Positions 10,135 through 19,813 of a DNA stretch of 64,000 nucleotides are shown here, piece after piece. The stretch lies in contig OY970296.1 of NCBI GenBank assembly GCA_963716175.1, positions 448,001 to 512,000 on the forward strand. The letters are read 5' to 3'. The notes under the pieces are model-generated. The model was not told the origin of the DNA and ran no database searches. It was given only the letters and a program-made list of their open reading frames with translations. Both the position numbers and the translations under genes were made by a program. Position 1 is the first letter of the stretch; every line of letters starts with the position of its first letter. The DNA is from an uncultured Armatimonadetes bacterium (GTDB lineage Bacteria > Armatimonadota > Hebobacteria > Hebobacterales > Hebobacteraceae).

Positions 10135-11563
10135 GCTCATCCGGACGGCCGGAAACGTCTTCCTCACCCCAGTCGCGCTCTCCGACCTGCCCGGCCGGGA
10201 GACCTGGAGGCGCGCGCTGGTGGTGGGGTCGGGAGAGCCGGCCAGCATTGCCCAGGCCGCCCAGGCGCTGCGCAGGGCCTGCCCTGCGCTCCTGGTGGAT
10301 CCGCCGGGTCCCCCGCGGCTGTGGCGAATCCACCGACGCCGCTACGATGTCGTCTGCCTGCTCCTCACCGGCGAGGGGAGACGCAGGGAAAAGCTGGCGG
10401 GACTGCTTTCCGGGGCCCGTGTGGCTCTGGCCTGCAACCGGAGCGGCCGGTGGTACCAGGTCCACCGGCCGGCCTTCCGGCCGCTCAACCTGCGTTGGTG
10501 GGCCCGCCTGGTGCTGGCCGGCATGCTGTCCGGGTGCTACCTGCGGGTGATGCTGTGGGCTCGCGCCTGCGATCTGCTGTGGCGCTTCGGCCCCATGCCG
10601 GCGCCGATTCCGGATCCAGGACCCCCGGTGGGGCGAGGGACCACTTTCATCGTGCCCACCTACAACCAGCGCCACCTGATGGACTTCTGCTTGCCAGCCC
10701 TGGTGGCCGAGGCGGGCCGTCAGCACGAGGTAATGGTAGTAGATGACGCCAGTGCCGATGGCACGGCCGAGTACGTGCGCAAGCAATACCCGCGCGTGCG
10801 CGTGCTCCGGCTGGCGCGCAACCAGGGCTTCGCGGGGGCGGTGCGAGCCGGCATTGCAGCCAGCCGGACGCCGCTCTTCGCCTTGATCAACACCGATGTG
10901 CAGGTGCGGCCCGGGTTCCTGAAAGCGATCCTGCCGCACTTCGCGCGCGAGGACACCTTCGCGGTGTGCTCCCGTATCGAGCTGCCTGGCGGCTCGCAGA
11001 TGGAGACCGGCAACGTGGCTCCCGCCTTCTCAGGAATACTGGAACCCTATCATCTGCCTCCCGATCGCCCCGGCCCGATCCTCTATGCCGGTGGGGCCTC
11101 ATCGGTCTTCCACCGCGCCCGCTATCAGGCGCTGGGCGGATTCGAGACCATCTACCGGCCCATCTACTGGGAAGACATTGAACTGGGATACCGCGCCTGG
11201 CGGCGCGGGTGGCGTTCGCTCTTCGAGCCCGGGGCGTCGGTGTGGCATGAGCGCCGCGCGTGGGTCGGCCAGCGACTGGGCGATGTCCAGGCCAACGAGA
11301 CCTTCCTGAAGAACGGCCTGCTCTTCGTCTGGAAGAACATACGAGACCGGGGGATGCTATCCCAGCACTGGGTCTACGTCTGTGCCAGGCTCTACCGGGA
11401 GGTGCTGGCCGGGGAGCGAATGATGTGCTACGCGCTGCTGCGGGCGCTGCCGCTGCTGCCCGCCGCGCTGATCAGGCGGTGGCGAGGGCGACATCGCGGC
11501 GACCTGATGGACCGCGACATCCTCGCCCTGGCCACGCCCTCGCAGGAGCGCCACGGGCCGTGA
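10118..11563 (+). CDS. GT2 glycosyltransferase with N-terminal GT9-like half-domain
   Basis: ATG 10118 overlaps the wzt end; IVPTYN, VVDDASADGT, INTD, YWEDIELGYRA. Confidence 0.88.
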   Translation: MPAWSELIRTAGNVFLTPVALSDLPGRETWRRALVVGSGEPASIAQAAQALRRACPALLVDPPGPPRLWRIHRRRYDVVCLLLTGEGRRREKLAGLLSGARVALACNRSGRWYQVHRPAFRPLNLRWWARLVLAGMLSGCYLRVMLWARACDLLWRFGPMPAPIPDPGPPVGRGTTFIVPTYNQRHLMDFCLPALVAEAGRQHEVMVVDDASADGTAEYVRKQYPRVRVLRLARNQGFAGAVRAGIAASRTPLFALINTDVQVRPGFLKAILPHFAREDTFAVCSRIELPGGSQMETGNVAPAFSGILEPYHLPPDRPGPILYAGGASSVFHRARYQALGGFETIYRPIYWEDIELGYRAWRRGWRSLFEPGASVWHERRAWVGQRLGDVQANETFLKNGLLFVWKNIRDRGMLSQHWVYVCARLYREVLAGERMMCYALLRALPLLPAALIRRWRGRHRGDLMDRDILALATPSQERHGP

Positions 11564-13290
11564 GGATCCTTTTCGTCAGCCCCTTCCTCCCCTATCCGCC
11601 CACGGCTGGCGGCCACGCGCTGATCTGGGGCTGGCTGCGGCGCCTTGCCAGCAAGCACGAGATCGCGTTCGTGGGATTCTGCGAGCGAGAGGCGGACGCG
11701 GTGGGCGCCGACGAGGTGGCGAAGCACTGCGCCAGCATGCGAATACGTCTCCGCCGGCCGACGCCGCATGCCTACAGCTCCTTCGCGCAGGTCCCCCGAT
11801 GGGTGAGCGAGTTCTTCTCGGCAGAGCTAGCAAGTGACCTGCGCGCGCTGGCGCGAGATTTCAGGCCGGAGGTGGCGCAGTTTCTGAGCACCAACATGGC
11901 GCAGTATGCGCGCGCGGTTGATGCCGCGCATGTCATCACCGCGGTTGACGTCTCTTTTGTCGCCCATCGTAGGCGGATCGCAGCCGCGCGCGGACTCGAG
12001 CGTCTCCAGGCCCGGCTGGAGTGGCTGCGCATGCTGCGCTATGAGGCGTCCGTCTTTCGCCGCGCCGATCACGTGATCGCAATGTCGCTCCGAGATGCAG
12101 AGATCATCAGGGCCGTCTCGCCTCGGGTGCCGAGCACCATCGTGCCTCCCGGCGTGGACCGGGAACTGCTCGCGCCCCGGCCGCGCCGGCCGGGGCCAGG
12201 CAGAGTGCTCTACCTGGGCCAGATGGAGCACTTCCCCAACCTCGATGGTCTGCTCTTCCTCTATCGAGAGATCTGGCCCCGGGTTCGGCGCGCTCATCCA
12301 GAAGCTCGTCTCACCGTGGCCGGCCGCGGCGCGCGGGAGGAGCTGGCGCGCGTCGCGCCGCAGACCCTCGCTGCCATGGAGAGCGACCAGAGTGTGGACC
12401 TGGCGGGATTCGTGCCCGACCTCCAGGCGACCATGGATCTCACCGCGGTCATGGCCGCGCCCCTGCGACTGGGATCGGGCGTGCGCACCAAGGTGATCGA
12501 GGCGATGGCCGCGGGGCTGCCGGTGGTGACAACCACCCGGGGCGCGGAGGGCCTGGCGGTTGCGCACGAACGCGAGCTGCTCATCGCGGACGAGCCAGAG
12601 CAGTTCGCGCGGGAGCTGGTGCGCCTGCTCCGAGATCCGGAGCTGCAGGCGCGACTCTCCCGGGCCGGCCGCGAGCTGGCAGCTCGCGAGCATGACAACG
12701 ATCAACTGGCGGCGCGGCTGGAGCGGGCCTTGATGGCAGCGGCAGGGTCTGCAGGGCGGGCACGTCTCGCATGCCCGCCGCAGGACGGCGAGGCGCGGGA
12801 GATGAGAGTCCTGATCCGATACCTCGCCGGCTATGTCTTCGACTTCTTCCGGGAGCGGGTGACCGCTGACGATTTCCGCGGCGAGCGCGTGCGCCGCGTC
12901 CTGGCGACGGCCGCGCTGGATGCGCGCGGCCAGGCTGCGGTGCGGTGCATGTTCCCGCAGGCCGTCCTGTATGCCGTCACTGCTCGCGCCAGCCTGGCCC
13001 AGGTTCGCCGGGGTCGGTTCGAGGCGAGCTGCATCTCCATGGCCGGCGGCGGCATGCGAGAGCGCTTGCTGGCTCTGCTCAGCGGCGCCCGGCACCAGCT
13101 GCTCATCCCTTCGCCGGACTACATCTACCGTCTGGGCATGCGGCAGGGAGGCCCGGCCCTCGCCTGGGCGGTGATAGACCGCTTCCTGGTCGCACCTGTC
13201 GCTCTGATGTGGTTCATCCTACTGGTTTGCTGGCTCTATGTGAGCGGATTGGTTGAGCGGACCGCGCAGCCAAAGGCGCAGGGAGGGTAG
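11560..13290 (+). CDS. GT4 glycosyltransferase fused in-frame to a GT9-like half-domain/TM module (from 12802)
   Basis: GTGA overlap; RILFVSPFLPYPP, PNLDGL, GSGVRTKVIEAMAAGLPVVTT. Confidence 0.88.
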   Translation: MRILFVSPFLPYPPTAGGHALIWGWLRRLASKHEIAFVGFCEREADAVGADEVAKHCASMRIRLRRPTPHAYSSFAQVPRWVSEFFSAELASDLRALARDFRPEVAQFLSTNMAQYARAVDAAHVITAVDVSFVAHRRRIAAARGLERLQARLEWLRMLRYEASVFRRADHVIAMSLRDAEIIRAVSPRVPSTIVPPGVDRELLAPRPRRPGPGRVLYLGQMEHFPNLDGLLFLYREIWPRVRRAHPEARLTVAGRGAREELARVAPQTLAAMESDQSVDLAGFVPDLQATMDLTAVMAAPLRLGSGVRTKVIEAMAAGLPVVTTTRGAEGLAVAHERELLIADEPEQFARELVRLLRDPELQARLSRAGRELAAREHDNDQLAARLERALMAAAGSAGRARLACPPQDGEAREMRVLIRYLAGYVFDFFRERVTADDFRGERVRRVLATAALDARGQAAVRCMFPQAVLYAVTARASLAQVRRGRFEASCISMAGGGMRERLLALLSGARHQLLIPSPDYIYRLGMRQGGPALAWAVIDRFLVAPVALMWFILLVCWLYVSGLVERTAQPKAQGG

Positions 13291-13333
13291 ATGGGCCGCC
13301 AGAAACAATGGCGCGGGGACCAGGGTTGATGCC

Positions 13334-15925
13334 GTGAGCCATATCCTTATCTGCGGCGCGGCGGGCTATACCAATCTGGGCGATGATGCCATCCTCTGGG
13401 GGATGCTCACTCAGCTGCGGCCAGCGGTCGGGGGCCGTGCCATCAGGGTGGCCGGGGGCCCAGGGCTGGCGCCGCTGCTGACCCTATTCGGGGCTGCGCC
13501 CGTCTCCTACATGGACCGCCCGGAGCTGGCCCGCGCCGTCGAGGAGGCCGGCCTGGTCATCCTCGGGGGCGGCGGGATGCTGTACGATGTGGATTACGAA
13601 GCCAGCCTCGCTCGGTTCTTCGGCGACCCGGCCGATCGTCCCTGGCTCTATGAGCTCGCCCAGATCGCAGCCGCAGCGCGGGTCGCGGCACGGCCGTTGA
13701 TGCTGTATGGGATGGGAGCAGGCCCACTGGTGACAGAGGCGGCGCGGCGGGCGGCGCGGTTCGTCGCAGAGCAAGCCTCGGTGGTCACTGTCCGCGACGC
13801 CGGCTCGGCTGATCTGCTGGCGGAATGCGGCGTGCCGCGGGCCCACGTCCAGGTCGCTGGTGACCCGGCCCTGGCCGTGGCTCCCGGATCGGCGGAGAGC
13901 GCGGAGAGCTTCCTCAGGGCCACCGGCATCGCCGCCCGTCCCAGGCCCTGGATCGCGCTGAACCTGAGGCCGTTGGTGGCGGGCATGGGCATGCCCGCCC
14001 TACAGGAGGCACAGCTCGTTGCCCGGGCCGCAGAGCTGGTGCGCCGGCTCACCGACCGGCTCGCCGCCACGGTGGTGCTGATGCCATTCCAGCGAACCAG
14101 ACACGATGACCGGGAGGTCCTGGGCGCGGCGCTGGAGGCGGCCGGGAAGCCCGCTAACGCGCTGCTCGTGGCGCCACCCCCTCTGCCGCCCGATCTGGCG
14201 GCCGTGCTGGCGCGCTTCGATCTCGTGGTCGGGATGCGGCTGCACTCTCTGATGCTGGCCATGAACGGGGCCGTGCCCTTCGTCGGGCTCTGCTATGACC
14301 CCAAGGTGGCTGAGTTCGCTCGCGAGGCGGGCCTGGGCGAGTACCTGCATGCCGTTGATGAACTCGACCCGGAATCGGTCGCAGCTTCGTGCCAGCGCCT
14401 ATTGAGCCGGCGCGCGGAGGCCTCGGGTCTGCTGGCTCAGCGCAACGAGCAGATGCGGACCGCTGCCGGGCTCTCGGCCGAACTCGCGGCCTGGCTGCTC
14501 GCCCGGAGGACCGGGCTCCCACAGGCGCCCCGCCCCCGCGGCGCGCGGTCTGCGGCCGCACCGCGGCCGGTGAGGCTGCCGCGGGTGCTGATGCAGATCC
14601 GGGCCGACTACCAGGACCTCCCAGGCGGCGACACGGTGCAGATGACCCAGACCAGGCGCGCCCTGCAGGAGTTGGGGGTAAGGGCGGAGGTGAGCACCGA
14701 GGAAGCGCCTGATCTATCAGCATACGATCTCGTCCACACCTTCAACCTTGGGAGGCCGGGCGAGCCCTACAGGCACTGCCTGAACGCGATGTCACAGGGC
14801 AAGCCGGTGGCGCTTTCTACCGTCTACGCCGACTTTGGGGAGATGTGGGAGTGGGGCGACTCCGATTACTGGGAGCTGCCGCCGCCAGAGGTGGGGCTGC
14901 CGGTGCCCAGGAGGGCGCCGCCGGTGGGGCCAGTCGAGGCCCGCCGCCGGATGCGCTTGGAAGAGCAGCGGCAGGCCGCCATTGACTGGGCGACGGTCTA
15001 TCTGCCGAATGGGCAGGGGGAGGCTGACTGGCTGCACGCCGCCCATGGTATGGACCTGAGCCGGACCGTGGTGGTGCCAAACGCGGTCGCGGACATCTTC
15101 TTCGACGCGCGGCCGGAGGCATTCGTGGCCCGCTGCGGGCTGCGGGATTTCGTCCTATGCGCAGCGCGGGTGGAGAAGCGTAAGAACCAGCTCAGTCTGG
15201 TGGCTGCCTTGCGAGGGACCGGCCTGCCTCTGGTGATCCTGGGGTGGGCGAACCCGGAGGCCTACCGCGATCTCTGCCGCCGCTATGCAGACGAGAATGT
15301 GCGGTTTATTGACGGGCTGGCCCACGAGGAGCTGCCTTCGGCCTACGCCGCGGCCAGGGTGCACGTGCTCGCCGGTTGGTTCGAGACCCCCGGCCTCTCC
15401 ACCCTGGAGGCGGCCGCCGCCGGCTGCAATGTCGTGTCCACCGACCGGGGGCTGGCGCGGGAGTACTTCGGCGACCTGGCCTGGTACTGCGACCCGGGCC
15501 GCATCGAGTCCATCCGGGAGGCGGTGCTGGCCGCCTACCAGGCCCCCCGGTCTGACCGCTTGCGGGACCACGTGTGCCAGCACTACACCTGGCGGCATGC
15601 CGCAGAGCGAACGCTGGAGGCCTATCAGCTCGCACTCGCCCTGCACCAGAGCGGAAGCGATCGCGATCGGCAGCCCGAGCTGCTGGCCGCCGCCCGGCGG
15701 CACGCGGACTGGCTGGCGCGGCTGGCCGCCGACCGTCAGTACGAGGCCGACCAGTTGCGCCAATGGGCCTCCGATTTGGACACGCGCAGGAAGGACCTGG
15801 AGGCGGAGGTGCAGCGGCTGCAGCGGGAGCTGGAACTGGTGACCTCGCGGCGGCTGTATCGGTGGTCGGAATCGGTGGGTCGTGCGGGCTGGGGCCTGCT
15901 TCGCGCTCTGAGGATCAAGCGGTGA
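13334..15925 (+). CDS. CsaB-like polysaccharide pyruvyltransferase + GT4 + coiled-coil fusion
   Basis: GYTNLGDDAIL, LGGGGML, VTVRD, GMRLHSL, YDPKV; then GGDTVQ, RVEKRKNQ, ETPGLSTLEAAAAG; heptad-rich C-terminus. Confidence 0.87.
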   Translation: MSHILICGAAGYTNLGDDAILWGMLTQLRPAVGGRAIRVAGGPGLAPLLTLFGAAPVSYMDRPELARAVEEAGLVILGGGGMLYDVDYEASLARFFGDPADRPWLYELAQIAAAARVAARPLMLYGMGAGPLVTEAARRAARFVAEQASVVTVRDAGSADLLAECGVPRAHVQVAGDPALAVAPGSAESAESFLRATGIAARPRPWIALNLRPLVAGMGMPALQEAQLVARAAELVRRLTDRLAATVVLMPFQRTRHDDREVLGAALEAAGKPANALLVAPPPLPPDLAAVLARFDLVVGMRLHSLMLAMNGAVPFVGLCYDPKVAEFAREAGLGEYLHAVDELDPESVAASCQRLLSRRAEASGLLAQRNEQMRTAAGLSAELAAWLLARRTGLPQAPRPRGARSAAAPRPVRLPRVLMQIRADYQDLPGGDTVQMTQTRRALQELGVRAEVSTEEAPDLSAYDLVHTFNLGRPGEPYRHCLNAMSQGKPVALSTVYADFGEMWEWGDSDYWELPPPEVGLPVPRRAPPVGPVEARRRMRLEEQRQAAIDWATVYLPNGQGEADWLHAAHGMDLSRTVVVPNAVADIFFDARPEAFVARCGLRDFVLCAARVEKRKNQLSLVAALRGTGLPLVILGWANPEAYRDLCRRYADENVRFIDGLAHEELPSAYAAARVHVLAGWFETPGLSTLEAAAAGCNVVSTDRGLAREYFGDLAWYCDPGRIESIREAVLAAYQAPRSDRLRDHVCQHYTWRHAAERTLEAYQLALALHQSGSDRDRQPELLAAARRHADWLARLAADRQYEADQLRQWASDLDTRRKDLEAEVQRLQRELELVTSRRLYRWSESVGRAGWGLLRALRIKR

Positions 15926-16998
15926 GACTGACTGTCATCATCCCCACCTACAATCGCAGCGCGCTCCTGGGTAGGGCGCTGCGCCTGCTGCTGGATGAGC
16001 AGACCGCCGCGCCCAGCGACTACGAGCTTGTCGTGGTGGACGACGGCTCGACCGACGGCACCCCCGAGGTGGTCAAGGCCGTTGGCGCGCCGGAGTCGCG
16101 CCTGCGGTATTTCCGCCAGGAGAACCAGGGCCCGGCGGCGGCGCGCAACCTGGGCGTGCGAGAGGCGAAGGGCAAGATCGTCCTCTTCACCGGGGATGAT
16201 TGCCTGCCCGACCGGCGGCTGATCGAGGAGCACCTGCGGGCGCATGATCGGAGCGGGGACGTGGGCGTGGTGGGGCATGTCGCCTGGCACCCCGACCTGG
16301 AGCTGACGCCGCTGATGCTCTTCCTCGATCAGGGAGCGCAGTTCGGGTTCGGGTACATCAACGACCCTGATCATGTGAGCGCCTGGTCGTTCTACACCGC
16401 CAACTGCTCGGTGCAGCGCCATTGGATCGAGGAGGTGGGTGGGTTCGACGAGGACTTCGAGAATGCGGCCTACGAGGACATCGAGCTGGCTTACCGCATG
16501 CAGCAGCGGGGCCTGCGTATCATCTACCATCGCCCTGCGCTCACCTATCACCACCACGCGCCCACCCTGGAGGGACACCTGGTGCGCCAGCGTCTCTGCG
16601 GCCGGTCCTCGGTGATCTTCTGGCGCAAGCATCCGGAGCTGAAGGAGGAGCTGGACATCGTCGAGGCGCAGCGACCCAGATATGCCCTTCAGTTCTTCGA
16701 GGCCGTGGGCGCCTATGCCAAGGCGCTGGGGGTGAGAGAGGTGCTGCGGCAGCAGATCCTGCTCAGGGAACAGGGCCAGGAGGCCGAGGGTGGCCCTGCC
16801 CCGGACCCCCAGGCCTGGGTGAGGGAGGCCCTGGGCACGGCCGACCCTGACAGAGAAGAGCTGATCCGTCTGCGGGCCGAACTCCGGGATATGGAGCAGG
16901 AGTGGCAGCGCGTCACCTCTCGCCGCCTCTACCGATGGTCGGAAGCGGGGGCGCGGGCCGGGTGGAGCTTCCTGCGGCGGCTGGGGATCAGACCATGA
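15922..16998 (+). CDS. GT2 glycosyltransferase
   Basis: GTGA overlap; VIIPTYNR, VVDDGSTDGT, GPAAARNLG, FTGDD, GGFDEDF, EDIELAYR. Confidence 0.92.
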   Translation: MRLTVIIPTYNRSALLGRALRLLLDEQTAAPSDYELVVVDDGSTDGTPEVVKAVGAPESRLRYFRQENQGPAAARNLGVREAKGKIVLFTGDDCLPDRRLIEEHLRAHDRSGDVGVVGHVAWHPDLELTPLMLFLDQGAQFGFGYINDPDHVSAWSFYTANCSVQRHWIEEVGGFDEDFENAAYEDIELAYRMQQRGLRIIYHRPALTYHHHAPTLEGHLVRQRLCGRSSVIFWRKHPELKEELDIVEAQRPRYALQFFEAVGAYAKALGVREVLRQQILLREQGQEAEGGPAPDPQAWVREALGTADPDREELIRLRAELRDMEQEWQRVTSRRLYRWSEAGARAGWSFLRRLGIRP

Positions 16999-18092
16999 GG
17001 CTCAGCATCTTGATCCCGACGTACAACCGGGCCCAGATGCTGGGCCGCACTATCGCCGGCCTCCTGGACCAGTCGGCCCCTACCGAAGACTACGAGATCG
17101 TGGTGGTGGACGATGGCTCCACAGATGATACCACCGAGGTGATGGCCGGCCTGAGCCGGCCCGGCGTTGCCCTCCAGTACATTCGCCAGGACAACAAAGG
17201 GCGGGGGGCCGCCCGGAATACCGGCCTGCGAGCTGCGCAGGGCAAGATAGCGCTGTTCATGGGAGATGACTGCATCCCGGACCGCCGCCTGGTGGAGGAG
17301 CATCTGCGGGCGCATGACAAGGAGGGGGATGTGGCCGTGGTAGGTCATGTCTCGTGGCACCCCGAGCTTCCAGTGACACCCCTGATGCGGTTCCTCGACG
17401 AGGGCACCCAGTTCGGTTTCGCTCGCATCAAGGACCCCGATCACGTCTCTTACTGGTTCTTCTATACCAGCAACTGCTCGCTGCAACGGCACTGGATCGA
17501 GGACGTCGGCGGGTTCGACGAGGATTTCGTGCAGTACGGCTTCGAGGACAATGAGGTCGCGTATCGCATGCAGCGGCGGGGCTTGCGGATCATCTACCGG
17601 CCCGCGGCTCACTGCTACCATCATCATGCCACCGCGCTGGAGCAGTTCCTGGTACGCCAGTGGCTGTGTGGCAAGGCGGCGGTCTCATTCTGGCGCAAGC
17701 ACCCGGAGCTGAAGGAGCAACTCGGGATCGTGGAGGCGGGGCGGGCGACGACAGTCATCCAGCTGTTCGAGGCCACCATGGGCTACGCCCAGGCCCTGGG
17801 CGTGAAAGAGGAGCTGCGAGGCGAATCCCCTCTCGCCCAGGCCGACTTGGAGCGACTCTGGAGCAATGCCGAGATGGCGGAGGCCGGGCGCGCCTGGGCG
17901 GTCGAGGCCTTCGGCCCGATCGGCCCTGAGAAGGTAGAGCTGATCCGGCTGCGGGGCAAGGTTTACCTCATGGCTCAGCAGTGGCAGCGGGTCAGCGCGC
18001 GGCGCTTCTACCGCTGGTCCGAGTGGCTGGCGCGACAAGGATGGGGACTGCTACGCTGCCTGGGTTTCGGTCGCCGCGCCAGGACAGGCTAA
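16995..18092 (+). CDS. GT2 glycosyltransferase (tandem paralog of the preceding gene)
   Basis: ATGA overlap; same motifs and collinear along the whole length. Confidence 0.92.
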   Translation: MRLSILIPTYNRAQMLGRTIAGLLDQSAPTEDYEIVVVDDGSTDDTTEVMAGLSRPGVALQYIRQDNKGRGAARNTGLRAAQGKIALFMGDDCIPDRRLVEEHLRAHDKEGDVAVVGHVSWHPELPVTPLMRFLDEGTQFGFARIKDPDHVSYWFFYTSNCSLQRHWIEDVGGFDEDFVQYGFEDNEVAYRMQRRGLRIIYRPAAHCYHHHATALEQFLVRQWLCGKAAVSFWRKHPELKEQLGIVEAGRATTVIQLFEATMGYAQALGVKEELRGESPLAQADLERLWSNAEMAEAGRAWAVEAFGPIGPEKVELIRLRGKVYLMAQQWQRVSARRFYRWSEWLARQGWGLLRCLGFGRRARTG

Positions 18093-19732
18093 TGCCGACC
18101 GCATCGGTCGTCCTCCTCAACTGGAACGGAGCTCATCTGCTGCCCACCTGCCTGGCCTCGCTGCGCGCCCAGAGCCGCCCACCGGCGGAGATCATCATGC
18201 CGGACAACGGCTCCACCGACGGCTCCCTGGAGCTGGTGGCGAGGCGCTATCCTGAGGTGCGGGTCATCCGGTTTCCGCGGAATATGGGATTCTGCCTGGC
18301 CATGAACGCGGGGATGGAGGCCAGCCACGGCGAGTTCATCCTCTCGCTCAACAACGATACCGAGCTCGACCAGCATTGCCTCCACGAGCTGGTGTCCGCC
18401 ATGCGGTCCGATCCCGGGCTGGGGATGTGTGCGCCCAAGATGATCTACTATGACGACCCCGGGTTGATCAACTCCGCCGGACATGCCTGCGGCCCCGATG
18501 GGGTGGTGGTGGACATCGGCCGGGGGCAGAGAGACGGGAAATGGTTCCGCCATCCCCGGGAGGTGCTGGGCGCCTGCGCGGGCGCGGCCCTCTACCGCCG
18601 GGAGATGCTGGCCCAGGTGGGGCTGTTCGATCCCGACTTCTTCATCAGCTATGAAGACGCCGACCTGAGCTGGCGGGCGCAGTGGGCGGGGTGGCGTGCG
18701 CGCTATGTGCCGACCGCAGTGGTACGGCACCGGGAGGGAGTCTCGCGAGGAATCCGCAGCCGTCGCGCGGTGTTCCTGGGGATGCGCAACAGCGTCCACG
18801 TATGGACCAAGGACTGGCCGCTGTCCTCTCTCTGGCATCATCTGCCCGCGATCTGGCGCGGCTGGCGCGCCGCTGCCTTGGAGCTGACGCGCCGGGGTGA
18901 GGCCGGGGTGGTGGCGGCGGCGACCTGGGACGCGCTGGCGCAGACGCCGCGCATGCTGAACCGGAGGCGGCGGATCGGGCGCAGCAGGTCGGTCGCAGCC
19001 AGCAGGTTCGAGGCATTGCTGGAGATGGGCCGCCACCACACTCGTGGCGATTCTGAGCGACGCGAGGAATCGCCTGCCCTGGACAGCGGGGGCGCTTTAG
19101 CGCCCCCGCCCGCGTGCCGCCGGAGGAATGAACCCGTGCCGACGCGCATCCTCGCCATCTCGCTGGTCCCGCCGGAGACGTTCGCCCGAATATTGCGGGC
19201 GGTGCGCGACCAGTATCCAGAGGGGGAACTGGTGGCATTGCTCGGTTCCGAGGGGCGCTATGACAGCGCCGACGAGGTCATGCTCTGGCGATCCTCCGGC
19301 GCCCGAAGGCTGATCAAGGAGCTGCGGCGCCGGCGGCCTGACCTGGTGGTGGTGGCCCATGGCGGCGACCAGTGCCTGACCCGCGCTTACTGGAAGGCAG
19401 TGCTTTTGGCACTGCTGGCGGGAGCGCGGCAGCAGTTGCTCTGGCGAGACACCTGTAGGGTGGGCATGTCTCTGCATGCCCGCCGCCAGGGGGCGACGCC
19501 AGCGGTTCGCGCTTGCTCGAAGGCGGGATTCGTGCTGCGCGCAGCCGGCCAGGCGGTCGCCCAGTTGGCGGCCGAGGCCTATGTGGCCGCCACAGGCTTG
19601 CTGCTGGCGCCTATACTGGCAGCGGTCGCCATCACCGATATCACTGAGTACTTGGCGCGGGCCGGGCGGCTGGGGCCGCCACGCGGCCAGCGGGAGAGAA
19701 GGAGCGTCCCCCGGCGGCGGCAAACTGGCTAG
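18092..19732 (+). CDS. GT2 (rhamnosyltransferase-like) fused in-frame to a GT9-like half-domain/TM module (from 19136)
   Basis: TAATG overlap; VVLLNWNG, DNGSTDGS, LNNDT, GLFDPDFFISYEDADLSWRA. Confidence 0.87.
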   Translation: MPTASVVLLNWNGAHLLPTCLASLRAQSRPPAEIIMPDNGSTDGSLELVARRYPEVRVIRFPRNMGFCLAMNAGMEASHGEFILSLNNDTELDQHCLHELVSAMRSDPGLGMCAPKMIYYDDPGLINSAGHACGPDGVVVDIGRGQRDGKWFRHPREVLGACAGAALYRREMLAQVGLFDPDFFISYEDADLSWRAQWAGWRARYVPTAVVRHREGVSRGIRSRRAVFLGMRNSVHVWTKDWPLSSLWHHLPAIWRGWRAAALELTRRGEAGVVAAATWDALAQTPRMLNRRRRIGRSRSVAASRFEALLEMGRHHTRGDSERREESPALDSGGALAPPPACRRRNEPVPTRILAISLVPPETFARILRAVRDQYPEGELVALLGSEGRYDSADEVMLWRSSGARRLIKELRRRRPDLVVVAHGGDQCLTRAYWKAVLLALLAGARQQLLWRDTCRVGMSLHARRQGATPAVRACSKAGFVLRAAGQAVAQLAAEAYVAATGLLLAPILAAVAITDITEYLARAGRLGPPRGQRERRSVPRRRQTG

Positions 19733-19813
19733 GCCAGTGCCGCCGCGGCGGCCGCTTGCCGCGGCCTAGCCGCTGATGGGGCGGGGCCAGCAGACCGGAG
19801 TGACGGGAGAGCG

